Shown here piece after piece: positions 19,580 through 28,366 of a stretch of DNA of 64,000 nt (positions within the stretch are counted from its first letter, which is position 1; the number at the start of each line of letters is the position of its first letter). A program made the translations under genes and the position numbers. The stretch is from an uncultured Clostridium sp. (GTDB lineage Bacteria > Bacillota > Clostridia > TANB77 > CAG-508): assembly GCA_900554565.1 (NCBI GenBank), contig USHX01000002.1, positions 16,100-80,099 on the forward strand, given 5' to 3'. The notes beneath the pieces were generated by a model. It made no database searches and had not been told where the DNA came from. It saw only the letters and a program-made list of their open reading frames with translations.

Positions 19580-20962
19580 ATGATACATCAATACAAATTA
19601 AATGGATTTAATATAGTGCTAGATACATATAGTGGAGCAGTGCACTGCGTAGATGACTTAAGTTATGACATAATAGCATTATATGAAAATACTAATAAAG
19701 AAGAAATAATAGAAAAAATGCTTGAAAAATATAAAGACATAACAAAAAAAGATATAGAAGAGACAATAGAAGAAATAGAAAAAATAAAACAAGATGGAAA
19801 GTTATTCTCAAAAGACATATATGAAGGAAAAAATCTAGATTTAAAGAAAAGAGATTCTGTAGTAAAAGCACTATGTCTGCATGTTGCTCATACATGTAAC
19901 TTGAATTGTGAATATTGTTTTGCAGGCCAAGGAAAATATCATGGAAAAGATGCAATAATGAGCTTTGAAGTTGGAAAACAAGCTTTAGACTTTTTAGTGA
20001 AAAATTCAGGGACAAGAAAGAACCTAGAAGTAGATTTCTTTGGTGGAGAACCACTAGTTAATTTTGATGTTGTAAAACAATTAGTAAAATATGCAAGAAG
20101 TATAGAAAAAGAGACAGGTAAACATTTTAGATTTACATTAACAACAAATGGAATGTTACTAGATGATGATGTAATAGACTTTTTAAATAAAGAAATGAAT
20201 AATGTTGTATTAAGTTTAGATGGAAGAAAAGAGATAAATGATGCCAAAAGAAAGAAAATAAATGGTGAAGGAAGTTATGACATAATAGTTCCAAAATTCC
20301 AAAACTTTGTGGAAAAAAGAGGAAATAAAGAGTATTACATGAGAGGTACATTTACTCGCAATAATTTAGATTTTACAAAAGATATATTCCATATGGCAGA
20401 TTTAGGATTTAAAGAATTATCAATGGAACCAGTAGTATCAAGTCCAGATACAGATTATGCATTAAAAGAAGAAGACTTAGATACAATATTTGAACAATAT
20501 GAGATACTAGCAAAAGAAATGATAAAAAGAAGGAAACAAGGAAATCCATTCACATTTTATCATTATATGATAGATTTATCAGGCGGACCATGTATTTATA
20601 AGAGAATTACAGGTTGTGGTTCAGGAACAGAATATTTAGCAGTAACACCAACAGGAGATTTTTACCCATGCCATCAATTTGTTGGAGATGAAAAATTCTT
20701 AATGGGAAATGTAAGAGATGGAGTTACAAATACAGAATTAAGAGATGAATTTAAATTATGTAATGCATATTCAAGAAAAGAATGCAAAGATTGTTGGGCA
20801 AAATTATATTGCAGTGGTGGTTGTAGTGCAAATGCATATCATGCAACAGGTTCAATAAATAATGTATATGAATATGGCTGCAAATTATTTAAAAAGAGAA
20901 TAGAATGTGCAATAATGGTAAAAATTGCAGAAGCAATGGAAGAATCAGAAGAAGTGGAATAA
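19580..20962 (+). CDS. scfB: SCIFF radical SAM maturase (SPASM domain)
   Basis: CNLNCEYC radical SAM cluster and a C-terminal Cys-rich SPASM region (CGSG..., CKDCWAKLYCSGGC). Sits directly after the SCIFF gene. Confidence 0.88.
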   Translation: MIHQYKLNGFNIVLDTYSGAVHCVDDLSYDIIALYENTNKEEIIEKMLEKYKDITKKDIEETIEEIEKIKQDGKLFSKDIYEGKNLDLKKRDSVVKALCLHVAHTCNLNCEYCFAGQGKYHGKDAIMSFEVGKQALDFLVKNSGTRKNLEVDFFGGEPLVNFDVVKQLVKYARSIEKETGKHFRFTLTTNGMLLDDDVIDFLNKEMNNVVLSLDGRKEINDAKRKKINGEGSYDIIVPKFQNFVEKRGNKEYYMRGTFTRNNLDFTKDIFHMADLGFKELSMEPVVSSPDTDYALKEEDLDTIFEQYEILAKEMIKRRKQGNPFTFYHYMIDLSGGPCIYKRITGCGSGTEYLAVTPTGDFYPCHQFVGDEKFLMGNVRDGVTNTELRDEFKLCNAYSRKECKDCWAKLYCSGGCSANAYHATGSINNVYEYGCKLFKKRIECAIMVKIAEAMEESEEVE

Positions 20963-20964
20963 AA

Positions 20965-22365
20965 ATGGAAAATTTGTATCAAAAATTAGAAGAATATAGT
21001 AAAAAAGATATTGTGCCATTACATATGCCCGGACATAAAAGAAATACTGAAATGTTAGGTACACAATTACCATATAACATAGATATAACAGAAATAGATG
21101 GATTTGATGATTTACATCATGCGGAGGGAATAATAAAAAATATACAAGAAAAGGCTCAAAGCATATATAATACTAGAAAAAGTTTTATATTAATTAATGG
21201 TACAACATGTGGAATTTTAGCTGGAATAAGAAGCTTTGTTAAGAAAAATGACAAGATACTAGTGGCAAGAAATTGCCATAAATCAGTGTATCATGCAATA
21301 GAACTTAATGAGTTAAAACCAATATATATTATGCCAAAAACAAATGAAGATGGTATAAATCTAGAAATTACACCAAAAGAAGTAGAAGAAAAAATAAAGG
21401 AAAATCCAGATATAGAATTAGTAGTGTTAACAAGTCCAACATATGAAGGAATAATAAGTGATATTAAAGAAATCGTAGAAATATGTCATAAAAATAAAAT
21501 TCCAGTGTTAGTAGATGAAGCACATGGTGCACATTTAAAATTTATGAATAAAACTAAAGAACTTTCAGCAGTAGATGCTGGTGCAGACATTGTGGTTCAA
21601 AGTATACACAAAACTTTGCCAGCACTTACTCAAACATCTTTGTTACACATAAATGGTGATATGGTAAATGAAGAAAAATTAAAACATGAATTATCAATAT
21701 TTGAAACAAGTAGTCCATCATATATATTAATGGCATCAATAGAAAACTGCTTAGATTTCCTACAATATAATGAGAATATGTTTGAAAAATATGAAGAAAA
21801 TTTAGAATACTTTTATGACAGAACAAAAGGATTGAAAAAGCTAGAAATTCTAAGAAACAAATTAACTGACAAATATTTTGATGATGGAAAAATTGTTATA
21901 ATAATGACTAAAACAAATATAACAGGAAAAGAATTATCTGAAATTTTAAGAGAAAAATACAAAATAGAATTAGAAATGTCATCTGTAAATTATGCAATTG
22001 CAATGACATCTGTATGTGACAGCAAAGAAAATTTAAAAAGGTTAATAGATGCATTAATAGACATTGATACAAAATTAGAAATTCAAAAAAAGCCTAAATA
22101 TGAATTTGAAAACATACTACCTGAAATTTCAAAATCTATATATAAAGCTGAAAAAGAACATGAATTTTTTAAAGTGGATTACAGAAAAGCAGAAGGAAAA
22201 ATATCTAAGGAATATATGTGGGTATATCCACCAGGAATACCGATTATTACACCTGGAGAGATTATTTCTAATGAGATAATTAATTTGATGAAACAAATCA
22301 GCGAAGCGGGATTAGAAATAAGAACAGATAATGGTACATTTCCGGAAGTTTTGATATTGAAATAA
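20965..22365 (+). CDS. PLP-dependent Orn/Lys/Arg decarboxylase family protein
   Basis: PLHMPGHKRN N-terminal motif and SIHKTLPALTQTS (PLP lysine). Confidence 0.75.
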   Translation: MENLYQKLEEYSKKDIVPLHMPGHKRNTEMLGTQLPYNIDITEIDGFDDLHHAEGIIKNIQEKAQSIYNTRKSFILINGTTCGILAGIRSFVKKNDKILVARNCHKSVYHAIELNELKPIYIMPKTNEDGINLEITPKEVEEKIKENPDIELVVLTSPTYEGIISDIKEIVEICHKNKIPVLVDEAHGAHLKFMNKTKELSAVDAGADIVVQSIHKTLPALTQTSLLHINGDMVNEEKLKHELSIFETSSPSYILMASIENCLDFLQYNENMFEKYEENLEYFYDRTKGLKKLEILRNKLTDKYFDDGKIVIIMTKTNITGKELSEILREKYKIELEMSSVNYAIAMTSVCDSKENLKRLIDALIDIDTKLEIQKKPKYEFENILPEISKSIYKAEKEHEFFKVDYRKAEGKISKEYMWVYPPGIPIITPGEIISNEIINLMKQISEAGLEIRTDNGTFPEVLILK

Positions 22366-22469
22366 ATTGAAAAATATAGTATAATAAATTTGTGTAAATT
22401 TAGGAAAACTCCATTTTACATTTTTAGAAAAGACAGTTTTATAAAATAACTATTTTAGGAGGAGCAAAA

Positions 22470-22883
22470 ATGAACTTTATAGAAAGATCTGGTTGGAAAG
22501 TTTTAAAGATAGTCTTATTTGGGTTAATAATATACGGCATTATCAATTTTAAATTCATTTTATCTTTGAAAATGATTGGAATATGGCTATTAGTTCGACC
22601 AATTCCTTTTATGTCTAATCTATTGTCAGGAAATAATGGCTGGTTAGATAGTGAAGTAGCAAAATTAGAATATAACATTGATTTGCTAAATACAATGGAA
22701 AAAGATAAAAGAATGACTCAAAATCTTACTCAAGACCAAAGAGAAAACTTTGAGAAACTTTTTAAGGCAATGATAGAAAATGCTGATATAATAATAAAAT
22801 CAGATAAGTATAATGACAAGCTAAAAGGAAAAGCTAGAAAAATGAAAGAAAAAGTAATTGAAAAGCAAAAAAGCCTAAAGTAG
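22470..22883 (+). CDS. hypothetical membrane protein
   Basis: 137 aa with two N-terminal TM helices. RBS AGGAGG. Confidence 0.45.
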   Translation: MNFIERSGWKVLKIVLFGLIIYGIINFKFILSLKMIGIWLLVRPIPFMSNLLSGNNGWLDSEVAKLEYNIDLLNTMEKDKRMTQNLTQDQRENFEKLFKAMIENADIIIKSDKYNDKLKGKARKMKEKVIEKQKSLK

Positions 22884-22935
22884 GGCTTTTTTATTTTTAG
22901 AAAATATAATATCAATATTGATTTTGTATAAAAAA

Positions 22936-22960
22936 TTCCTAAAGTATCTAACTTTAAGAA
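22936..22960. repeat. left arm of 25-nt inverted repeat (candidate inversion site)
   Basis: ttcctaaagtatctaactttaagaa. 21/25 complementary to 23114-23138, with a perfect 13-nt core aagtatctaactt. Confidence 0.6.
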
Positions 22961-22975
22961 TTAAAATATAAAAAT

Positions 22976-23004
22976 ATTATAGCAATAAGTAATACAAAAA
23001 GCAA
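22976..23004 (-). promoter_or_regulatory. strong sigma-A promoter inside the repeat-flanked segment, facing away from the pilin-like gene
   Basis: Minus strand reads TTGCTT - 17 nt - TGcTATAAT. Confidence 0.55.
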
Positions 23005-23011
23005 GAGAAAA

Positions 23012-23047
23012 AATAGCAAAAACTCAAAGTGAATTTTTGCTATTTTT
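23012..23047. terminator. bidirectional hairpin terminator inside the segment
   Basis: Perfect 11-bp stem aatagcaaaaa / tttttgctatt with flanking A and T runs. Confidence 0.5.
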
Positions 23048-23113
23048 GCATAGTTTATAAAAGGAGTAAGGTCAACAAAACGCTGAGGATAAAAGGATTT
23101 AGAAAACTAATAT

Positions 23114-23138
23114 TTCCTTAAGTTAGATACTTGAAGAA
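23114..23138. repeat. right arm of 25-nt inverted repeat
   Basis: ttccttaagttagatacttgaagaa. Ends 29 nt before the P1 ATG. Confidence 0.6.
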
Positions 23139-23166
23139 AATTAGAGAAAAGGAGAAAAAGAGAGTC

Positions 23167-24456
23167 ATGAAAACAAAAGAAACAAAGAAAAACAAAGGAA
23201 TTACACTGATTGCATTAGTAATCACGATAATAGTAATTTTAATTTTGGCAAGTGTATCAATAGCAATGCTAACAGGCAACAATGGAATTTTAACACAAAC
23301 AGGAGTAGCAAAAGAAACGACAGAAAATAAATCAGCAGAAGAAAAAGTGCAATTAGCAATAGTAGGAGCAATGGCGAATAATAAATTGGGATTAACTGTA
23401 GGTGAATTAGAAAAAGAATTAAAGAATTATGGCGGAACGTTAGATGGGAAAGAATTTCCTGTAACTGCAATAGTTGATGGAAAAAGTTTTGAAGTAGACA
23501 GTGAAGGAAATGTGAAACTGCTAAATGGAAATGAAGAGAAGAAAGTAGAACCCGGACAATATGTAAGTGAAACAAAGAAAAATAATTATAAAGATTCAGA
23601 AAATAACACAGCAACAGTACCAGCAGGATTTACAGTATCAGAAATAGAGGGAGAAAAAAATATCTCAACAGGATTAGTAATATATGATATTCCGAAAGAG
23701 AAAATAGAGAATGTAGATTGGACAACAAAAAATGAAGACGGAGCATATAATGTCCAAACTTTGTATAATCAATTTGTATGGATACCAGTAACAAGTGAAG
23801 AAAAATATCAAAGAGATTGTAGTTATCCAGGTAATTTTGATAGTAGTGATGAAAATACATTTACAGATACAGGATATTTGCCATCAAATATACAACCGAC
23901 AACAGATGATGCAACAAATAATGAGACAGCAGAAAGAACGGCGGTATTAAAATATAATGGATTTTATATAGCGAGATATGAAGCAGGAAATGAGAACTCA
24001 AATGTGGTTAGCAAGCAAAATGCAACAGTATATACAAATGAAACTCAACGAAGTTTTAAAATTATAGGAAAAACAATGTATGGAGACAGTAGTACTTATG
24101 TAAAAAGTGCAATATGTTCGGGAATACAATGGGATATGGTAATGAAATTTGTAGATGGAAAAATAGATGGGAATGGAAATACCTATGATGTAAGAACATA
24201 TAATGAAGCTAGACACAAAGGAGATAATGTAGGAGTAGAAAAAACAGGAAACAATATATCAGATAAAGTGCAAAATATATATGACCTTGAAGGCAATTGT
24301 TTGGAATATGTAGCAGAAATAAATATTCTTTATGGTCCGTATGTCTATCGTGGAGGTTACGTCTACGATAGTTATACCAGAGCTAGCGGTCGCTATGGTC
24401 ACGGGGGCTATGCTTACCGCGGCGGAACTTTCCGACCAGTACTTTATATTAAGTAG
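23167..24456 (+). CDS. pilin-like protein P1 (prepilin-type N-terminus, FGE/SUMF1-like C-domain)
   Basis: RBS AAGGAG. N-terminus KNKG|ITLIALVITIIVILILASVSIAMLTGNNGIL looks like a class III leader plus helix, but with Ala at +5. The C-terminal YDLEGNCLEYV, YRGG and TFRPVLYIK resemble the GNVWEW / RGG / GFR motifs of FGE-sulfatase domains (tentative). Confidence 0.65.
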   Translation: MKTKETKKNKGITLIALVITIIVILILASVSIAMLTGNNGILTQTGVAKETTENKSAEEKVQLAIVGAMANNKLGLTVGELEKELKNYGGTLDGKEFPVTAIVDGKSFEVDSEGNVKLLNGNEEKKVEPGQYVSETKKNNYKDSENNTATVPAGFTVSEIEGEKNISTGLVIYDIPKEKIENVDWTTKNEDGAYNVQTLYNQFVWIPVTSEEKYQRDCSYPGNFDSSDENTFTDTGYLPSNIQPTTDDATNNETAERTAVLKYNGFYIARYEAGNENSNVVSKQNATVYTNETQRSFKIIGKTMYGDSSTYVKSAICSGIQWDMVMKFVDGKIDGNGNTYDVRTYNEARHKGDNVGVEKTGNNISDKVQNIYDLEGNCLEYVAEINILYGPYVYRGGYVYDSYTRASGRYGHGGYAYRGGTFRPVLYIK

Positions 24457-24500
24457 AACTAAAATGATAGCGTATTGTATAGTGTTTAAATTAACTAAGG

Positions 24501-24535
24501 CAGTATCAAGTTTTATTTTGATACTGTTATTTTTA
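24501..24535 (+). terminator. rho-independent terminator after P1
   Basis: 9-bp stem cagtatcaa / ttgatactg followed by TTATTTTT. Confidence 0.55.
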
Positions 24536-24660
24536 TATAAAAAAGTAAAATTCTTGCACAGGAAGGTTATGGAAAATTAATTAAAATTTAATTAAAACAG
24601 TTGTAAAAATGGTAAAAAATTGATATACTTAACTAGCAAAAAGTAAGTATATCTTTTTTA

Positions 24661-25146
24661 ATGGAAAAAATAAACAAGGAGGAAAATAACATGGAAGAAC
24701 AAAACAAAGAAAACGAAGAAATCGTAGAATTAGACAATGAAATAAAAACAGAAAATGACACAATAAAAATATCAGATGATGTAGTAGCAGTAATAGCAGG
24801 AGTAGCAGTATCAGAAGTACCAGGAGTAGCTGGAATGGCAGGAGGATTTGCAGGCGGAATATCAGAAGTATTTAGTGGAAAGAAAAACCTAGCAAAAGGA
24901 ATAAAAGTAGAAATAGATGAAAAAGATGTAAAAATAGATGTAAACATAATAGTAGAATATGGTTCAAGAATACCAGATGTAGCATTTGAAATACAAACAA
25001 GAGTAAAAAAAGCAGTAGAAAGCATGACAGGGTTAAATGTAGAAGAAGTAAACGTACATGTACAAGGTGTTAACACAGATGTATCAAGCAAAGAAGAAAC
25101 AGAACAAAATGAAGAAAACAATAACAACGAAGAACAAGAACAATAA
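24661..25146 (+). CDS. Asp23/Gls24 family envelope stress protein
   Basis: ISDDVVAVIAGVAVSEVPGVAGM and VEVNVHVQGV motifs. Confidence 0.85.
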   Translation: MEKINKEENNMEEQNKENEEIVELDNEIKTENDTIKISDDVVAVIAGVAVSEVPGVAGMAGGFAGGISEVFSGKKNLAKGIKVEIDEKDVKIDVNIIVEYGSRIPDVAFEIQTRVKKAVESMTGLNVEEVNVHVQGVNTDVSSKEETEQNEENNNNEEQEQ

Positions 25147-25212
25147 AAATTAAATCATCAAAAAGAAAAATTACGAACAAAAAACGTAGAAAGAAAAAGG
25201 AGAAAAAAGAAA

Positions 25213-25761
25213 ATGAAAATTTTAGAAAAAATCACATTAATTATATACTCTAATATCATGTTAATATTATCAATAGTATTATGCTTATTAATATTTGGAT
25301 GGCTAGATATGGCACTAGTAGGAGACTTTTGTTATAAAATGATAGTAGGAGATACTTCAAGTAAAGTACTATTAGGATTAGGTGTGGCATTTATACTATT
25401 ATCAATAAAATGCATATTCTTTGATTCAACATCAAAAGAACAAATAAAAGAAAGACAAGGAGTTTTACTAGAAAACGAAAGTGGAAAACTTATGATATCA
25501 AAAGAAACAATAGAAAACCTAGTAAACTCAGTAGCTCTAAATTTCCAAAGTGCTGAACAAGTATCAACAAGAGTAGAATTAGATAGTGAAAACAATGTAA
25601 AAGTATTTGTAAACTTAACAGTAACAGAAGATGCTGTAATAAAAGATTTATCAGCAAATTTACAAACAAGAATAAAAGAAAAAGTAAAAACAGCAACAGA
25701 CCTAGAAGTAAAAGAAGTTAATATAACTGTAAAAAAAGTTGCACCAAAAGAGGATGAATAA
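25213..25761 (+). CDS. amaP: alkaline shock response membrane anchor protein (AmaP-like)
   Basis: Two N-terminal TM helices, soluble tail, position directly after asp23. Confidence 0.65.
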   Translation: MKILEKITLIIYSNIMLILSIVLCLLIFGWLDMALVGDFCYKMIVGDTSSKVLLGLGVAFILLSIKCIFFDSTSKEQIKERQGVLLENESGKLMISKETIENLVNSVALNFQSAEQVSTRVELDSENNVKVFVNLTVTEDAVIKDLSANLQTRIKEKVKTATDLEVKEVNITVKKVAPKEDE

Positions 25762-25791
25762 AAAAATAAGTAAGAAAGGAAAAGAAAGATA

Positions 25792-25995
25792 ATGGAAGGA
25801 TTAAAACAATTCTGGAGCCAATATAAAGGCGCAATAATAGGAGTTATTATAGCTATTTTAATATTAGTAACAAGACTACATGATTTAATACTAGCAATAG
25901 TAGTATTATTTTTAGGAGCATTTATAGGAAATTATGTTCAACAAAATAAAGATGATGTAAAAACAAAACTAAAAAATTTTATAGATAAAATGTAA
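25792..25995 (+). CDS. small integral membrane protein (DUF2273-like)
   Basis: 67 aa, two TM helices, conserved position in the asp23 cluster. Confidence 0.6.
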   Translation: MEGLKQFWSQYKGAIIGVIIAILILVTRLHDLILAIVVLFLGAFIGNYVQQNKDDVKTKLKNFIDKM

Positions 25996-26013
25996 TAGTG
26001 GGAAGGAAAAAAG

Positions 26014-26415
26014 ATGAACCGTACAGAAATAAGAGAACAAGCATTTAAACTAATATATAGTTTAGAAATTCAAAAAAAAGAAGACTTAGAAGAAGCAATA
26101 GAACTATATATAGAAAGTAATGAAATAACAGAAAAAAATGCGATAGAATATATAAAAGATGCAGTATTTGGTATTGAAAAAAACAAAGAAGAAATAGTAT
26201 CAAGTATTGAAAAAAATCTAAAAAAAGATTGGAAAATTGATAGAATATCAAAAATAGATTTATCAATTTTAAAACTTGCAATATATGAAATTAAACATAC
26301 AGAAGTGCCATATAAGGTAGTAATAAATGAAGCAGTAGAACTAGCTAAAAAATATGGAGAAGACAATTCTAGAAACTTTGTAAACGGAGTGTTAGCAAGT
26401 ATAGTAAACCAATAG
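26014..26415 (+). CDS. nusB: transcription antitermination factor NusB
   Basis: [13 protein letters not shown]-terminus and [14 protein letters not shown]...FVNGVL C-terminus. Confidence 0.88.
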   Translation: MNRTEIREQAFKLIYSLEIQKKEDLEEAIELYIESNEITEKNAIEYIKDAVFGIEKNKEEIVSSIEKNLKKDWKIDRISKIDLSILKLAIYEIKHTEVPYKVVINEAVELAKKYGEDNSRNFVNGVLASIVNQ

Positions 26416-26424
26416 AAAAGGAAA

Positions 26425-27627
26425 ATGAAAATGAAATATGCAGATTTAGCAATAACAGTTTCAGATTTAAATAAATATATAAAAAATAAAATAGCTGATG
26501 ATGAATATTTAAACAATGTTCTAATAAAAGGTGAAATATCAAATTTCAAGAACCATTATACAGGACATATGTATTTTACATTAAAAGATAAAGATTCTTT
26601 AATAAAATGCATATGTTTCAAATCATATGCGCAAAAATTAACTTTCATGCCTAAAGATGGTATGAAAGTTATGGTTTTGGGCACTGTTTCTGTATTTGAA
26701 AGAGATGGAATTTATCAAATATATGTAAAAGCAATGGAAGAAGATGGTTTAGGAGACTTATATACAAAATATCAAGAATTAAAAGAAAAACTAGAAAAAC
26801 AAGGACTATTTTCAGAAGAGCACAAAATGAAAATTCCAATAATGCCAAAAGTAATAGGTGTACTAACTTCAAAAACTGGGTCAGTAATAAAAGATATAAT
26901 AAATGTTTCAAAAAGAAGAAATCCAAATGTATATATAAGATTATTGCCTGTACCTGTTCAAGGAGAAGGAGCTGCGGAAAAAATAGCAGCAGGAATAGAA
27001 TATATGAATAGAAATAAGTTGGCAGATGTATTAATTTTGGCACGTGGTGGAGGGTCTTTAGAAGATTTATGGCCATTTAATGAAGAAATAGTTGCTAATA
27101 GTATATACAACTCAGAAATACCAATAATTTCAGCAGTAGGACATGAAACAGACTTTACAATAGCAGATTTTGTTGCAGACTTAAGAGCACCAACACCATC
27201 TGCAGCAGCTGAATTAGCTGTATCTGACATATATGAAGTTCAAAGAAAAATAGACACATATCAAGATAGACTTCGCAATAGTTTAATAAAAAAAGTAGAG
27301 CTAATGAAAATGAGATATGAAAAAGTAATGGCAAGTGCAGTATTCAAAGAACCACTAAGAAAAGTAAATGACAATTATCAAAAAATAGATACAATAATAA
27401 AGAATTTAGATACACTAATAAAAACAAAACAAGAAAAAGAAAAAACAAAATATATAGAATTAGTTTCTAAATTAGATGCACTAAGCCCACTGAAAACCTT
27501 GTATAGAGGATATTCTATAACTGAAAAAGATGGAAAAGTAGTAAAAAGTGTAAAAGAATTAAAAAAAGGCGATAAAGTCTTAGTAAAACTATCTGATGGA
27601 GAAAAAAGAGCAACAATAGAAGAATAA
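26425..27627 (+). CDS. xseA: exodeoxyribonuclease VII large subunit
   Basis: OB-fold N-terminus (VLIKGEISNFKNHYTGHMYFTLKD), RGGGSLEDLWPFNEE and GHETDFTIADFVAD. Confidence 0.9.
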   Translation: MKMKYADLAITVSDLNKYIKNKIADDEYLNNVLIKGEISNFKNHYTGHMYFTLKDKDSLIKCICFKSYAQKLTFMPKDGMKVMVLGTVSVFERDGIYQIYVKAMEEDGLGDLYTKYQELKEKLEKQGLFSEEHKMKIPIMPKVIGVLTSKTGSVIKDIINVSKRRNPNVYIRLLPVPVQGEGAAEKIAAGIEYMNRNKLADVLILARGGGSLEDLWPFNEEIVANSIYNSEIPIISAVGHETDFTIADFVADLRAPTPSAAAELAVSDIYEVQRKIDTYQDRLRNSLIKKVELMKMRYEKVMASAVFKEPLRKVNDNYQKIDTIIKNLDTLIKTKQEKEKTKYIELVSKLDALSPLKTLYRGYSITEKDGKVVKSVKELKKGDKVLVKLSDGEKRATIEE

Positions 27628-27665
27628 GAAATGTTTGGTGATATTGAGAAGGGGGAAAATATAAA

Positions 27666-27887
27666 ATGAAGAAAAGCTTTGAAGAACAAATGGAAAACTT
27701 AGAGAAAATAGTAGCAGAATTAGAAAATGGAAACTTAAATTTAGATGAATCTGTAAATAAATTTGAAGAAGGAATCAAAATTTCAAAAGAATGTAATAAA
27801 ATATTAGAAGAAGCAGAAAAGAAAATAACAATATTAGTAAATGAAAATGGAGAAATGAAAGAAGAAAACTTTGAAACAGAAGAATAA
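27666..27887 (+). CDS. xseB: exodeoxyribonuclease VII small subunit
   Basis: SFEEQMENLEKIVAELENGNLNLDESV motif. Follows xseA. Confidence 0.88.
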   Translation: MKKSFEEQMENLEKIVAELENGNLNLDESVNKFEEGIKISKECNKILEEAEKKITILVNENGEMKEENFETEE

Positions 27888-27901
27888 GAAGGAGGATAAA
27901 A

Positions 27902-28342
27902 ATGAACAATTTTTTAGGATTTATACAAAATAAATATATATATGTACCATTTTTCTTATGGTTTGGAATACAATTATTCAAGTTACTATATGACTTAGTA
28001 ACAACGAAAAAATTCAATTTTAAAAGAATAATGGGAGCAGGCGGAATGCCAAGTTCACACTCAGCAGTTGTTGCAGGGCTTGCAACATTAATTGGGAAAT
28101 ATCAAGGAGTAGACACACCAATATTTGCAGTATCACTAATTGTGGCATTTGTAGTAATGTATGATGCATGTGGAGTAAGAAGAGCGGCAGGAAAACAAGC
28201 AGAGTTATTAAACAAACTAATAGAAACTCCAGGACTTACAAGTGTGCAAGTATCAGAAAGATTAGTAGAAGTATTAGGACACACACCAATACAAGTATTT
28301 GTAGGTGCTTTAATAGGAGTAATAGCAGGACTAGTATTTTAA
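27902..28342 (+). CDS. divergent PAP2 family membrane protein (YuiD-like)
   Basis: GGMPSSHSA and YDACGVRR motifs. Confidence 0.75.
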   Translation: MNNFLGFIQNKYIYVPFFLWFGIQLFKLLYDLVTTKKFNFKRIMGAGGMPSSHSAVVAGLATLIGKYQGVDTPIFAVSLIVAFVVMYDACGVRRAAGKQAELLNKLIETPGLTSVQVSERLVEVLGHTPIQVFVGALIGVIAGLVF

Positions 28343-28366
28343 TAAAAATAGAAGGAGATGGCTCAT

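Noticed and set aside
24332-24580. 82-aa plus-strand ORF starting inside the GC-rich patch of P1.
   Set aside because: It overlaps the well-supported P1 frame and runs through the P1 terminator. It has no RBS and is probably a by-product of the unusual local composition.
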